DNA from: Gammaproteobacteria bacterium
Lineage (GTDB): Bacteria; Pseudomonadota; Gammaproteobacteria; JBIOEC01
Assembly: GCA_965279305.1 (NCBI GenBank)
Contig: OZ257143.1
Location: forward strand, 1,140,001 to 1,172,000
Reading direction: 5' to 3'
DNA: 32,000 nucleotides
Part shown: positions 16,393 through 23,925 of the stretch, in pieces
How the letters are laid out: every line of letters starts with the position of its first letter
Position numbering within the stretch: position 1 is the first letter of the stretch
Made by a program: the position numbers and the translations under genes
Notes under the pieces: model-generated
Seen by the model: the letters and a program-made list of their open reading frames with translations, nothing else
What the model was told of the DNA's origin: nothing
The model's database searches: none

Positions 16393-16931
16393 CGAAAACA
16401 ATCTTTCGTGTGATCGTTAACCATGCCCACAGCTTGCATAAAAGCATAACAAATAGTACTACCTACAAATTTGAAACCTTTCTTTTTAAGATCTTTAGAC
16501 ATTTGATCAGAAATCAGAGTAGTGGCAGGGATCTCTTTGTCATTGTTATGAATGGGTTTTCCATTTACAAATTGCCAAAGATAATCAGAAAAATCAATGC
16601 CAGCTTCTTTCATGGCTAAATATGTTTTTGCATTTTTGACAATAGCTTCTACTTTAAGCCTATTGCGAATAATGCCAGGATCGGTCAGTAATTCATTAAT
16701 TTTTTCTGGCGTATATTGTGCAATTTTTTTAGCATCAAAATGGTCAAACGCTTTTCTATAATTCTCTCTACGCTTCAAAATAGTAATCCAGCTTAACCCC
16801 GCTTGCATACCTTCCAAAATCAAAAACTCAAACAACTTCTTTTCATCATAAATAGGCACACCCCATTCCTCATCATGATAGGCAATATAAACCGGATCGG
16901 TATTAACCCACTTACACCTTTTCTTTTCCAT
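16368..16931 (-). CDS. tag: DNA-3-methyladenine glycosylase I
   Basis: 187 aa. CKWVNTDPVYIAYHDEEWGVP ... LILEGMQAGLSWITILKRRENYRKAF is a typical Tag signature. Confidence 0.9.
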   Translation of the reverse strand: MEKKRCKWVNTDPVYIAYHDEEWGVPIYDEKKLFEFLILEGMQAGLSWITILKRRENYRKAFDHFDAKKIAQYTPEKINELLTDPGIIRNRLKVEAIVKNAKTYLAMKEAGIDFSDYLWQFVNGKPIHNNDKEIPATTLISDQMSKDLKKKGFKFVGSTICYAFMQAVGMVNDHTKDCFRYTQINCQ

Positions 16932-16940
16932 AACTTTTCT

Positions 16941-18392
16941 CTATAAATAAGGGGAAAACAACCAAAAAATACCATTTCGTATCTTCGTCACCATCCACTG
17001 CTTCTTCAACTCCAACAACGTAACCCTATGCGAATGATCAAGACACTGCTTACAATGTTTCACCAACTTCTTAGCAAAAGACACATCATACACCTCAATG
17101 CCTAACTCAAAATTCAAACGCAAACTTCTAGGATCCCAATTAATCGATCCTACCAAACTATAATAATCGTCTACCACAAACAGCTTACTATGAACAAAAG
17201 ATTTAGGCTGATAAAAAATATGCACTCCATAACTCAGCAATCGAGGCAAGATATGCTGCATGGCCCATTTCACATACGGCAGATTATTCTTTTTAGGTAA
17301 TAAAATATTAACGCTCACTCCTCGCAAGGCGGCTGCTTGAAGAGCATTCGTTAATTCAACCGAAGGTAAAAAATAAGGCGTCATAATCCAAATACTATCT
17401 TGAGCAATAGAAACTGCATTCACTAATATCGTGCTGAGCTTGCCTAAATACTCATTAGGGCCATCTTCAATAGCCCTGCATAGTGCTACGCCAGTGGATG
17501 CAGTAGGTGCGCTCGCAGGCAGAGATAGCACATGTTTTGTTATAAATTGCCAATCCTCACAAAAAATAGCCTCACATTGCGATACTACACTTCCTGAAAA
17601 TTTAAATTGTAAGTCTACAACAGGGCTACGATTTTTAGGATCCATAATTAAATGGCGTCCACCAATATTCATTCCACCGGCAAACGCATATTTGCCATCT
17701 ATCAATAATAATTTTTTATGATTCCGTAAATTCATTGAAATATTAAAGGGGAGCAGAGTAGGGGGATCGAATTTCACCACATCCACGCCTTGCTTCTTTA
17801 ATAAGCGATACGCGCGGGGCAATGAGTACCATTCACCTATACCATCAATAATCACTTTAACTGTTACTTTTCGCTGATGAGCTTCTACTAATGCATCAAT
17901 AAACTCTTTACCTTGTGCATTTGTTTCAAAGATATAAGCCGCTAGCAAAATATAATGTTTGGCTTCTTTAATAGCATTTAACATAGCAGGATAGGCTTCT
18001 TCGCCATTGTGAAGCATTTTAATTTGATTATCGGCCACAATAGGGCGCTCGCTTAATTCGTGAGCTAAATGTGCTAATCCTCTAAACGAACTTTGAATTA
18101 ACTCACTATTTTTGCCACGGGTTTTTTTATTAGCTACTTTTTCTACTTCGGGATAGTCATGCGTAGACATAGAATGTTGTTTGCGGGCTTGGCGGCTGGT
18201 GCGGTTAATACCAAATAGATAATAAAGTAGCGGTCCAAACAAAGGGTAACCTAACGTTACCGCAATCCAACCAAAAGCAGCTACGGAATCACGCTTATAG
18301 AGAAGTGCATGGATAGCACAAGCAGAGCCCAGAATAATATGGGTTCCTATAAGCAACCAGTAAAATACATCAATATTAGGTATAGATGTCAT
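16941..18392 (-). CDS. cls: Cardiolipin synthase (PLD superfamily)
   Basis: 483 aa with two N-terminal TM helices and two HKD motifs ([10 protein letters not shown]...GGMNIG and HSKLFVVDD...GSINWD). Confidence 0.9.
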   Translation of the reverse strand: MTSIPNIDVFYWLLIGTHIILGSACAIHALLYKRDSVAAFGWIAVTLGYPLFGPLLYYLFGINRTSRQARKQHSMSTHDYPEVEKVANKKTRGKNSELIQSSFRGLAHLAHELSERPIVADNQIKMLHNGEEAYPAMLNAIKEAKHYILLAAYIFETNAQGKEFIDALVEAHQRKVTVKVIIDGIGEWYSLPRAYRLLKKQGVDVVKFDPPTLLPFNISMNLRNHKKLLLIDGKYAFAGGMNIGGRHLIMDPKNRSPVVDLQFKFSGSVVSQCEAIFCEDWQFITKHVLSLPASAPTASTGVALCRAIEDGPNEYLGKLSTILVNAVSIAQDSIWIMTPYFLPSVELTNALQAAALRGVSVNILLPKKNNLPYVKWAMQHILPRLLSYGVHIFYQPKSFVHSKLFVVDDYYSLVGSINWDPRSLRLNFELGIEVYDVSFAKKLVKHCKQCLDHSHRVTLLELKKQWMVTKIRNGIFWLFSPYL

Positions 18393-19195
18393 AGTGATAA
18401 AAAGTTAAATAAGTTTTTGTCTAGTAAATGAGAAGGTGATGTATTCTGCAGCGCGCTAAAAATAGTTTCTATACGCCCCGGCCATTGCTTCTGCCATTGT
18501 TGCAGCATTTTTTTAATCACCTGACGTTGTAAGTTTGGCTGGGAACCGCATAAATCGCAAGGGATAATGGGAAATGCTTTAGCTTTTGCGTAAGTTTCTA
18601 TGTCTTCTTCACTGGAAAAGGCGAGCGGACGAATAACAATATGCTTATTATCATCCGTGCGCAGTTTAGCAGGCATGGCTTTTAGCTTTCCGCCAAAGAA
18701 TAGATTCAGAAAAAAGGTTTCGATAATATCATCACGATGATGTCCTAATGCAATTTTAGTGGCGCCAATTTGATCGGCAATGGTGTAAAGGTTGCCTCGG
18801 CGTAATCGAGAGCACAACGAACACATGGTTTTGCCTTCTTCTATCACGCGTTTGACTACGCTATAGGTGTCTTTGCGCACGATATGATATTCCACATCTA
18901 ATGTGTTTAAGTAGTTGGGTAAGATCACTGGGTTGTAGCCTGGTTGCTGTTGATCTAAATGAACGGCGACGATTTCAAAAGAGATAGGGGCGTTTCGTTT
19001 TAGGTTTAAGAGTATATCTAATAGGGTGTAGGAGTCTTTGCCACCGGATAGGCATACCATGATTTTGTCGCCTTGTTCGATCATGCCGAAGTGCTCTATG
19101 GCTTCTCCGACTTGGCGGCGTAGGCGTTTTTGGAGTTTATTTATTTCTAATGTGGTTTTTCGATTGTCGGTAGTTTGTTGTGCTGCTGCGTTCAT
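18389..19195 (-). CDS. ttcA: tRNA 2-thiocytidine(32) synthetase TtcA
   Basis: PP-loop SGGKDS and Cys motifs [10 protein letters not shown] and CDLCGS. I place the start at MNAAAQQ (complement of 19193-19195). The 22 extra N-terminal codons in the track ORF read into the hairpin repeat and are probably not coding. There is a 4-nt overlap with cls. Confidence 0.88.
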   Translation of the reverse strand: MNAAAQQTTDNRKTTLEINKLQKRLRRQVGEAIEHFGMIEQGDKIMVCLSGGKDSYTLLDILLNLKRNAPISFEIVAVHLDQQQPGYNPVILPNYLNTLDVEYHIVRKDTYSVVKRVIEEGKTMCSLCSRLRRGNLYTIADQIGATKIALGHHRDDIIETFFLNLFFGGKLKAMPAKLRTDDNKHIVIRPLAFSSEEDIETYAKAKAFPIIPCDLCGSQPNLQRQVIKKMLQQWQKQWPGRIETIFSALQNTSPSHLLDKNLFNFLSL

Positions 19196-19209
19196 TAATA
19201 ATTTCTCAT

Positions 19210-19325
19210 GGTAAGTTGCAATGAGGTAGGGCATTCGCCAAGATGCTGTGAATACTTCCATGTAAGCTCAGCCTCGGCATCCTGCCTCGGATGCTTGGCT
19301 AATGCCCTACCTCACCGCAACTTCC
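19210..19325. repeat. Long-hairpin repeat element, copy A (about 33-nt imperfect inverted arms around a 51-nt core)
   Basis: Arm 19210-19242 (GGTAAGTTGCAATGAGGTAGGGCATTCGCCAAG) pairs with 19294-19325 (CTTGGCTAATGCCCTACCTCACCGCAACTTCC) with 4 mismatches. The core is about 77 percent identical to the core of copy B at 25466-25517. Confidence 0.8.
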
Positions 19326-19389
19326 TCTAAACCGAAATAATATCATAAATACATTATAAAAAATTTTGTGGGAGGGAAGAGAGGGAGGG

Positions 19390-19412
19390 AATCCCCGGGG
19401 TTGCCGGGGATT
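19390..19412 (-). terminator. GC-rich hairpin directly after the stop of the 207-aa orphan gene
   Basis: AATCCCCGG-GGTTG-CCGGGGATT, a 9-bp perfect stem, begins 14 nt after the stop codon on the minus strand. The U-run (AAAATTTTTT on minus) is about 26 nt further on, so this is not a textbook intrinsic terminator. Confidence 0.4.
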
Positions 19413-19425
19413 GGTGTAGATTTAA

Positions 19426-20049
19426 TTATGCTGGTTTGTCAGAAGAAGAAGGAGGAGGTGTTTTAGGTCCTTCTGGTGCTCCTTGGGGTGCTTGCGCTGT
19501 ATCAGTAGTGGTGGTTGTTTGGGGTGCTTGCGCTGTATCAGTAGTGGTGGTTGTTTGCGGGCTTTCTTCTGGTGGAGTTCTATATCCATCATTCTGTGAA
19601 GATGTTTGCGTAGCTGCAGGGGTAGGAGCGGCTGCCACAAAAGGAGTTTTATAGTAGGTGCTAAGAGTTGGATTTCTAGGCTTATACCATGGATCCGCTT
19701 TTAAATAATCTACTCTTACTTGTTCAAGTTTGGCTTTTAAACCCTCTAGTGTTGGTTTTGCTGCGTCATCGCCACCCAATATTCTGCCAGGAGCGTCTTC
19801 TCCTTTATTAGTATCATTATCTGATTCGTCTGCATCTTCGTTTTCAGTTACTGGGGTTTTTGCTAACTGATATGTTTCAACAGTCTCCATCAATTCTTTT
19901 ATTAGGGTAGGAACTTTGTAAACAGTTGAATCATCAAGTGTAATGGGTTTTCCACCACCAAACCATACTAGTGCCGCCCAATGTTTAAGGTGAGTAGAGT
20001 CTTTGATATCAAGTCGTTGTGCATTTATAAAGTCTTTTATAGCTGTCAT
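19426..20049 (-). CDS. Hypothetical protein with acidic linker and Thr/Pro/Gln-rich repetitive C-terminus
   Basis: 207-aa ORF with SD AAGGAAG 7 nt upstream of the ATG. It has its own promoter-like elements and a downstream hairpin. The N-terminal ~70 aa look globular and the C-terminal half looks disordered (PQTTTTTDTAQA x2, PPPSSSDKPA). Confidence 0.65.
   Translation of the reverse strand: MTAIKDFINAQRLDIKDSTHLKHWAALVWFGGGKPITLDDSTVYKVPTLIKELMETVETYQLAKTPVTENEDADESDNDTNKGEDAPGRILGGDDAAKPTLEGLKAKLEQVRVDYLKADPWYKPRNPTLSTYYKTPFVAAAPTPAATQTSSQNDGYRTPPEESPQTTTTTDTAQAPQTTTTTDTAQAPQGAPEGPKTPPPSSSDKPA
19485..19556. repeat. Perfect 36-bp tandem duplication (2 copies) inside the orphan gene
   Basis: GGGGTGCTTGCGCTGTATCAGTAGTGGTGGTTGTTT occurs at 19485-19520 and again at 19521-19556 with no mismatch. 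On the minus strand it encodes the in-frame repeat PQTTTTTDTAQA x2. Confidence 0.95.
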
Positions 20050-20083
20050 GTTGTCACTTCCTTATATTATTGTGTAAATAATC

Positions 20084-20113
20084 ATCATATGCGTTTAGTT
20101 TTTGCAATGTCAA
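20084..20113 (-). promoter_or_regulatory. Sigma-70-like promoter for the 207-aa orphan gene
   Basis: On the minus strand, TTGACA (20113-20108), an 18-nt spacer, then TATGAT (20089-20084), about 35 nt upstream of the ATG. Confidence 0.4.
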
Positions 20114-20125
20114 CTTAAGGTATTG

Positions 20126-20139
20126 CACTATATATAGTG
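20126..20139. promoter_or_regulatory. Perfect 14-bp palindrome CACTATATATAGTG just upstream of the orphan-gene -35 element
   Basis: Self-complementary over all 14 nt. It lies in the divergent region between the orphan gene and mraZ. Confidence 0.3.
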
Positions 20140-20217
20140 AATATTCTCATTTCCCACCACAATATTTTGTTTCTCAAATCTAATAACTCACTACCCTATA
20201 AAAATAGTAAATAAGTG

Positions 20218-20247
20218 TTGACAAGGTGGGGGTTTGTTACCTATAGT
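20218..20247 (+). promoter_or_regulatory. Pmra-type sigma-70 promoter of the dcw cluster
   Basis: TTGACA (20218-20223), an 18-nt spacer, then TATAGT (20242-20247), about 70 nt upstream of the mraZ GTG. Confidence 0.6.
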
Positions 20248-20254
20248 GTCATTA

Positions 20255-20302
20255 CGTGGTGGAAAGTGGTTAGAAGTGGATAAAAGTGTGCAATAAAGTG
20301 GG
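20255..20302 (+). promoter_or_regulatory. Phased (A)AGTGG direct repeats, probable MraZ operator
   Basis: GTGG/GTGT motifs start at 20256, 20266, 20276, 20286 and 20298 with a 10-nt period. A further GTGGG at 20226, inside the promoter spacer, is in phase. E. coli MraZ binds a series of TGGGN repeats with 10-nt spacing at Pmra. Confidence 0.55.
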
Positions 20303-20316
20303 GAAGGGGGATTGCC

Positions 20317-20775
20317 GTGTTTCGTGGAATTAATGCGATTAACATCGACCCGAAAGGGCGTATGGCAATACCCACACGTTATCGCCAACAATTGGAAGAA
20401 AGTTGCCAAGGAAGGCTTATTTTAACCATCGACACCGACGAACGTTGCCTACTGCTTTATTCTTTACCGGAGTGGGAAAAAATAGAGCAACAGATTGCGG
20501 CTTTACCGAGTTTTAATAAGGTAGCCCGTCGAGTGCAACGCTTGCTAATCGGTTATGCAACGGAAGCAGAAGTCGATAGCAACGGACGTATTTTGTTGCC
20601 AACGCTATTAAGGGAATATGCAGGCATCAATAAGCGTCTGATGATGGTAGGACAAGGCAAAAAATTTGAATTATGGGACGATGAGCAATGGAATGCTCGA
20701 CGTGAGAATTGGTTGAAAGAAGGGGATGGTGAAGAGGAAACGCTGCCGGTTGAACTGCAAGCGCTCTCTTTATGA
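20317..20775 (+). CDS. mraZ: Transcriptional regulator MraZ
   Basis: 152 aa with a GTG start. N-terminal MFRG...D.KGRM.IP, with the motif repeated in the second half (VDSNGRILLP), typical of the duplicated MraZ fold. First gene of the dcw cluster. Confidence 0.92.
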   Translation: MFRGINAINIDPKGRMAIPTRYRQQLEESCQGRLILTIDTDERCLLLYSLPEWEKIEQQIAALPSFNKVARRVQRLLIGYATEAEVDSNGRILLPTLLREYAGINKRLMMVGQGKKFELWDDEQWNARRENWLKEGDGEEETLPVELQALSL

Positions 20776-21707
20776 TGAACCAGCATCAACCGGTTTTGTT
20801 GACAGAAGCAGTGGATGCTTTGTCGGTAAAACCTGAGGGTTGGTATATCGATGGGACTTACGGGCGTGGAGGACACACGCGCGCCATCATGGCGGCATTG
20901 GGTGCACAAGGACGTGTACTTGCCATCGATAAGGATGCAGACGCAGTGGCGCACGCAACCCTAGAATGGGAAGCAGAGCCGCGGTTTGCGATAGTGCAAG
21001 GATCGTTTGCTCAGTTAAAAGAGATTGCTATCCAACAAGGAATGTTGGGAAAAGTGGCCGGCATATTGCTAGATTTGGGAGTATCGTCGCCGCAGTTAGC
21101 AGATCCTCAACGTGGGTTTAGTTTTTTGCACGAAGGGCCGTTGGATATGAGGATGGACCAGCGGACAGGGAAGTCAGCGGCTTTTTATATTGCAAATGCT
21201 GATGAAGAAACGTTGATTCAAGTCATAAGAGATTATGGCGAAGAACGTTTTGCGAGACGCATTGTAAGAGCCATTATGGCTGCTCGTTTGGAATCTCCTA
21301 TTACGAGCACAAAACAGTTAGCCGATATTGTTTGGAATGCGGTGCCTAAAAAAGAACCGCACAAACATCCGGCAACTCGTACCTTTCAAGCGTTACGTAT
21401 TTGGGTTAACAATGAACTCGGTGATTTAGAAACGGCACTTTCGCAAAGTATTGAAGTATTAGCGCCTGGTGGACGTTTAGCGATCATTAGTTTTCATTCA
21501 TTAGAAGATCGTATAGTAAAGCAGTTTATCCGTAGCAAAACGACGGATGAAACGTTTCCAAAAGAAATTCCAGTTCATTTAATAAATGAACGACCAAAAA
21601 AATTGTTACGCGCTGCAGGTAAAGCGATTAAGCCTACAGAGCAGGAAATTAGGGATAACCCGCGTTCACGTAGTGCGGTTCTACGTGTGGCAGAAAAGGA
21701 GAAATAG
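20772..21707 (+). CDS. rsmH: 16S rRNA (cytosine1402-N4)-methyltransferase RsmH
   Basis: 311 aa with HQPVLL, DGTYGRGGH, DLGVSSPQL and SFHSLEDR motifs. 4-nt overlap with mraZ. Confidence 0.93.
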   Translation: MMNQHQPVLLTEAVDALSVKPEGWYIDGTYGRGGHTRAIMAALGAQGRVLAIDKDADAVAHATLEWEAEPRFAIVQGSFAQLKEIAIQQGMLGKVAGILLDLGVSSPQLADPQRGFSFLHEGPLDMRMDQRTGKSAAFYIANADEETLIQVIRDYGEERFARRIVRAIMAARLESPITSTKQLADIVWNAVPKKEPHKHPATRTFQALRIWVNNELGDLETALSQSIEVLAPGGRLAIISFHSLEDRIVKQFIRSKTTDETFPKEIPVHLINERPKKLLRAAGKAIKPTEQEIRDNPRSRSAVLRVAEKEK

Positions 21708-21709
21708 AC

Positions 21710-22045
21710 ATGTTTGCTGCTATTTTAAATAGTGTTGCGTTTCCTCGCAGTGATCAACTCATCGCCGTATTTAATTTAAAATCAGTAGTATTTATTAGTC
21801 TCTTTTTATCATTGTGGATGTCTGCTTTTGCTGTGGTTTATACCACGTATTCTACTCGTCAAGCCTACGCTGAATTACAATCTTTACGCCAGCAGCACGA
21901 TAATTTGTTTATGGAATGGACACAAATTCTACTTGAACAAAGTGCATGGGCCGATACTGGGCAAATTGAACAATTAGCTCGTGAAGATCTTTCTATGCGT
22001 TTACCTACTCTAGAAGAAATCAACTTTTTGGTAGTTGAGCAATGA
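21710..22045 (+). CDS. ftsL: Cell division protein FtsL
   Basis: 111 aa and bitopic (TM VVFISLFLSLWMSAFAVVYT), followed by a coiled region. Conserved position between rsmH and ftsI. Confidence 0.8.
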   Translation: MFAAILNSVAFPRSDQLIAVFNLKSVVFISLFLSLWMSAFAVVYTTYSTRQAYAELQSLRQQHDNLFMEWTQILLEQSAWADTGQIEQLAREDLSMRLPTLEEINFLVVEQ

Positions 22046-23820
22046 CTCGCTTCGAGCGTTCCTCTACTGTAAAAAACTTTATCAAAAAAATGAGCATCAG
22101 AAGCTGGGTAATCGTTGGCATATTCAGCGTATTAGTTAGCGGTTTGATGTGGCGGTTATTTGATCTGCATGTATTAGATCAACAGTTCTTAAGAACACAA
22201 GGTGATGCTCGTAGTTTACGGACCATTCCTATTTCTGCTCATCGCGGTATTATCGCTGATCGTAATGATGAACCGCTTGCTGTGAGCGCTCCAGTGGCCT
22301 CTGTGTGGGCCAATCCTAAAGACTTTGATAATACAGAAGAAAATATTGAATTATTGGCTTCTTATCTCGATTTAACTCCTGATACTTTACGTCAAAAATT
22401 ATCTCAACAGAACAATAAAGAATTTGTTTATTTACAACGTCAGTTAGCACCTAGCGATGCGCAACAAGTGCAATCACTTAATTTACCTGGTATTCATGTA
22501 GAGCGAGAATATCGCCGTTATTATCCTACGGGTGAAGCAACCGCGCATGTATTAGGTTTTACGAATATTGATGGTGAAGGACAAGAAGGTGTTGAATTAG
22601 AATATGATCAAATATTAAGTGGTGCGCCAGGCGCACGACAAGTGATTAAAGATCGTTTAGGTAGAGTGATTGATGAAATTGAACATATTCGTGATCCCAA
22701 AGCAGGCCAACATTTAAATTTAAGTATTGATAGACGCATTCAATATTTAGCGTATTTAGAATTATTAAATTCAGTAGAAGAAAATAATGCTGAATCGGGA
22801 TCGGTTGTGGTAGTCGATGTAAAGACCGGCGAAGTGTTAGCGATGGCTAATTATCCTAGCTATAACCCGAATAATCGTTTAGATAGAGATCCGAATAAAC
22901 AACGTAATCGCGCAGCAACGGATGTATTTGAACCTGGCTCTGTGATGAAAGTGTTTAGTATGGCAGCGGGATTATCGAGTGGAAGTGTTATTCCAGAAAC
23001 AATTGTGGATACGAATCCAGGTACTATGCAAGTACGTGGAAAAACAGTAAGAGACACGCGTAATTTTGGTGTGTTGGATATGGCAGGAGTATTGCAATAT
23101 TCCAGTAACGTAGGCATTGCACAAGTTATTTTAGCTACGCCTTTTGAAACCTATGTGGATATGTTGCATGAATTAGGTTTTGGCTCTACTACAGCCACAG
23201 GATTTCCCGGTGAGCGTACCGGACAAATTCAAATACCAGCAGAGCATGATGATCATAGTAAAGTGACATTGGCTTTTGGTTATGGTTTATCGGTCACTCC
23301 ATTACAATTAGCACAAGCGTATTCTATTATTGCTAATGATGGTCAATATATTCCACTCACTTTATTGCGCAGTGATGACACTGAAACAGCAGTGGAACCT
23401 ATTTTAGATCCTGCTTTGGCGCAAGAATTGCAAGCCATGTTAACCCAAGTGGTACACAATGAGCAGGGCGCTTCTAAAGCGAAAGTGTCAGGTTATAAAG
23501 TGGCGGGTAAATCCGGTACTGCACGTAAATCAAACGTGGAAGGGGGATATGAAGCTAAGCGTTATACCTCGGTTTTTGCTGGGTTTGCGCCGGCTTCTGA
23601 TCCTCAGTTAGTAACCGTTATTGTGGTTGATGATCCAAAATCAGGTGCTTATTACGGAAACCAAGTAGCTGCTCCTGTTTTTAGCAAGGTGATGTCAGGT
23701 GCTTTACGTTTGCTGAATATCCCACCGGATGCTATCCAAGAAGCAATCGATCAAGAGGCCTTGGATCAAAAAGCATTAGAGCAGAATAATGCTTCATTAC
23801 AGGCAGTTTCTACTTATTAA
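22042..23820 (+). CDS. ftsI: Peptidoglycan D,D-transpeptidase FtsI (PBP3)
   Basis: 592 aa with an N-terminal TM and SxxK (SVMK), SSN and KSGT motifs. Confidence 0.93.
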   Translation: MTRFERSSTVKNFIKKMSIRSWVIVGIFSVLVSGLMWRLFDLHVLDQQFLRTQGDARSLRTIPISAHRGIIADRNDEPLAVSAPVASVWANPKDFDNTEENIELLASYLDLTPDTLRQKLSQQNNKEFVYLQRQLAPSDAQQVQSLNLPGIHVEREYRRYYPTGEATAHVLGFTNIDGEGQEGVELEYDQILSGAPGARQVIKDRLGRVIDEIEHIRDPKAGQHLNLSIDRRIQYLAYLELLNSVEENNAESGSVVVVDVKTGEVLAMANYPSYNPNNRLDRDPNKQRNRAATDVFEPGSVMKVFSMAAGLSSGSVIPETIVDTNPGTMQVRGKTVRDTRNFGVLDMAGVLQYSSNVGIAQVILATPFETYVDMLHELGFGSTTATGFPGERTGQIQIPAEHDDHSKVTLAFGYGLSVTPLQLAQAYSIIANDGQYIPLTLLRSDDTETAVEPILDPALAQELQAMLTQVVHNEQGASKAKVSGYKVAGKSGTARKSNVEGGYEAKRYTSVFAGFAPASDPQLVTVIVVDDPKSGAYYGNQVAAPVFSKVMSGALRLLNIPPDAIQEAIDQEALDQKALEQNNASLQAVSTY

Positions 23821-23925
23821 ATAGTACAATTAGCAGTGATCGTCATTGCGAGGACACGCTTTTTCTTTTGTGGCCGTGGCAATCCATATATAATGCAGGA
23901 TGTCTTATAGAATAAAGGTGTTCCC

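Noticed and set aside
16323-16619. 98-aa plus-strand ORF
   Set aside because: It overlaps the 3' end of the rhomboid gene and is antisense to tag, which has an unmistakable Tag signature.
19196-19261. 22-codon N-terminal extension of ttcA in the track ([22 protein letters not shown])
   Set aside because: The extension is encoded by the left arm and core of hairpin element copy A. TtcA-like sequence begins at the internal Met (19195).
19368-19412. Polypurine GGA-rich tract (GTGGGAGGGAAGAGAGGGAGGGA) followed by a GC hairpin, considered as a small RsmY/Z-like CsrA-titrating RNA on the plus strand
   Set aside because: It has no convincing plus-strand promoter or LetA/GacA-type box and no U-tract after the hairpin on the plus strand. 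It is far shorter than known Rsm RNAs, and its GGA motifs are not in hairpin loops. It is more simply the 3' end or terminator region of the minus-strand orphan gene plus the ttcA promoter region.
19422-19654. Two 72-aa ORFs (19422-19640 minus and 19436-19654 plus) over the repeat region
   Set aside because: These are alternative frames of the low-complexity 3' part of the 207-aa gene. The 207-aa frame is the one with an SD, a promoter and a globular N-terminal part.
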